Part shown: one piece after another, positions 63,099 through 64,000 of the stretch
How positions within the stretch are numbered: the stretch's first letter is position 1
Layout: each line of letters starts with the position of its first letter
NCBI GenBank assembly: GCA_965228475.1
Contig: OZ245817.1
Coordinates: forward strand, 1,120,001-1,184,000
DNA: 64,000 nt
From: Myxococcota bacterium
Lineage (GTDB): Bacteria > Myxococcota_A > UBA9160 > JAFDDA01
Direction: 5' to 3'
Notes under the pieces: generated by a model
What the model saw: only the letters and a program-made list of their open reading frames with translations
Database searches by the model: none
Told to the model about the DNA's origin: nothing
Translations under genes and position numbers: made by a program

Positions 63099-64000
63099 CT
63101 AGGCCGGTTCCGGCGCCGGCGGGATCAGCGCCGGGTCCGGCGCGGGCGGCGCCGAGGCGGCGTGCTCGCGCACGTCGAGCACGAGCGGCTCGATCTCCGC
63201 GGCGTGGGCGTCGAGCCAGGCGCGCGCGCCCATCCAGCGGAAGTCGCGCAGCAGCTTGCGGATCTTCTCCTCGGCGGTCGCGAGCCCGACGTAGTACTTG
63301 AAGCTCCGCAGGGCCGAGAGGTCCATGCGCGGCTGCTCGGTGTCGATCTCGCGCGGGTGCACGTAGACGTTCGACGGCCGGCCGGCGCGGTTCTCGAGCT
63401 GCGTCGCGAGCTTCTGGAAGGCGTACGGGAAGAGGCGCAGGTACCCGCCGCCGGCGAAGGGGATGCGGCGCCCGCCGAGCCCGATCGTCGACGAAGGGAT
63501 CTCGTCCATCAGGCCGCGCTCGCAGCGCAGGCGGTGCGGGCCGAGGTAGGGCGACGGGAAGCCGCCGTGGCTCGAGTAGCCCGGGCAGAGCGAAGAGTCG
63601 TACGTGTACCCGGCGTCCATCATCACGTCGAAGGTCCAGGCCTGGGCCGGCGTGATGGAGGCGCCAGGGGCGCGGAAGCCCACGACCTCGGTGCCCGAGA
63701 GATCTTCGAGCTGCTGCTTCGAGGTGCGCAGGTCCGCCGCCAGGGACTTTGCGTCGTGGCGGGGCAGCACCTCGTGCCAGTAGCTGTGGGAGGCGATCTC
63801 GTGGCCCGCGGCGGCGATGCGCCGGACCATCTCCGGCTGGCGCTTCGCGACCCAGCCGACGATGAAGAAGGTCGCCGTGACGCCGGCTTCGTCGAGCAGG
63901 CCGAGGATGCGGTCCGTGTTGCGCACGACGCGGACGTCGAGATCGTCCCAATCGTTGCGGGTGTAGCCGCCGTCGACTTCGAGGATGTGGAACCAGTCCT
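63099..64000 (-). CDS. Polysaccharide deacetylase (DUF3473/XrtA-system type), 5' end outside window
   Basis: DWFH, ATFFIVGW, HEIASHS, GFRAP, YDSS, GGGYLR, YVHPREID. Confidence 0.88.
   Translation of the reverse strand, partial: DWFHILEVDGGYTRNDWDDLDVRVVRNTDRILGLLDEAGVTATFFIVGWVAKRQPEMVRRIAAAGHEIASHSYWHEVLPRHDAKSLAADLRTSKQQLEDLSGTEVVGFRAPGASITPAQAWTFDVMMDAGYTYDSSLCPGYSSHGGFPSPYLGPHRLRCERGLMDEIPSSTIGLGGRRIPFAGGGYLRLFPYAFQKLATQLENRAGRPSNVYVHPREIDTEQPRMDLSALRSFKYYVGLATAEEKIRKLLRDFRWMGARAWLDAHAAEIEPLVLDVREHAASAPPAPDPALIPPAPEPA

Overview
High-GC bacterial chromosome segment, probably Myxococcota-like (inferred from composition and gene content only). It has two parts. RIGHT (33.1-64 kb) is housekeeping DNA: aminotransferase, trpS, bfd-bfr, clpB, three HtrA proteases, galK, thiE/G/S, alr, purHD, tsaC, rpsP-khpA-rimM-trmD-rplS, yraN, rsmI, heparinase-like gene and a polysaccharide deacetylase. 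LEFT of the 3' end of a tRNA-Thr(CGT) gene (33046-33121, minus) lies a genomic island with a Tn4371-like mobilisation core (HTH, traF, VirD2-like relaxase, traG/virD4, RHH) but no mating-pore genes and no integrase in view. A candidate oriT/nic at ~17826 points into a leading region (ardC, two radC copies) in which these three genes share a structured non-coding leader. Both cargo blocks are bounded by direct repeats. A ~640-bp leader+radC duplication encloses a candidate defence cassette (UvrD helicase, ankyrin/HTH protein, SF2 helicase-nuclease). An ~88-bp imperfect repeat encloses an ArsR-controlled metal cassette (two ICMT-family methyltransferases, short CDF, czcCBA). At the far left is an uncharacterised TetR-controlled oxidative cluster (two P450s, an MBL hydrolase, and an intact plus a degenerate ferritin-like diiron protein). 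All calls come from reading motifs by eye; no searches were run.
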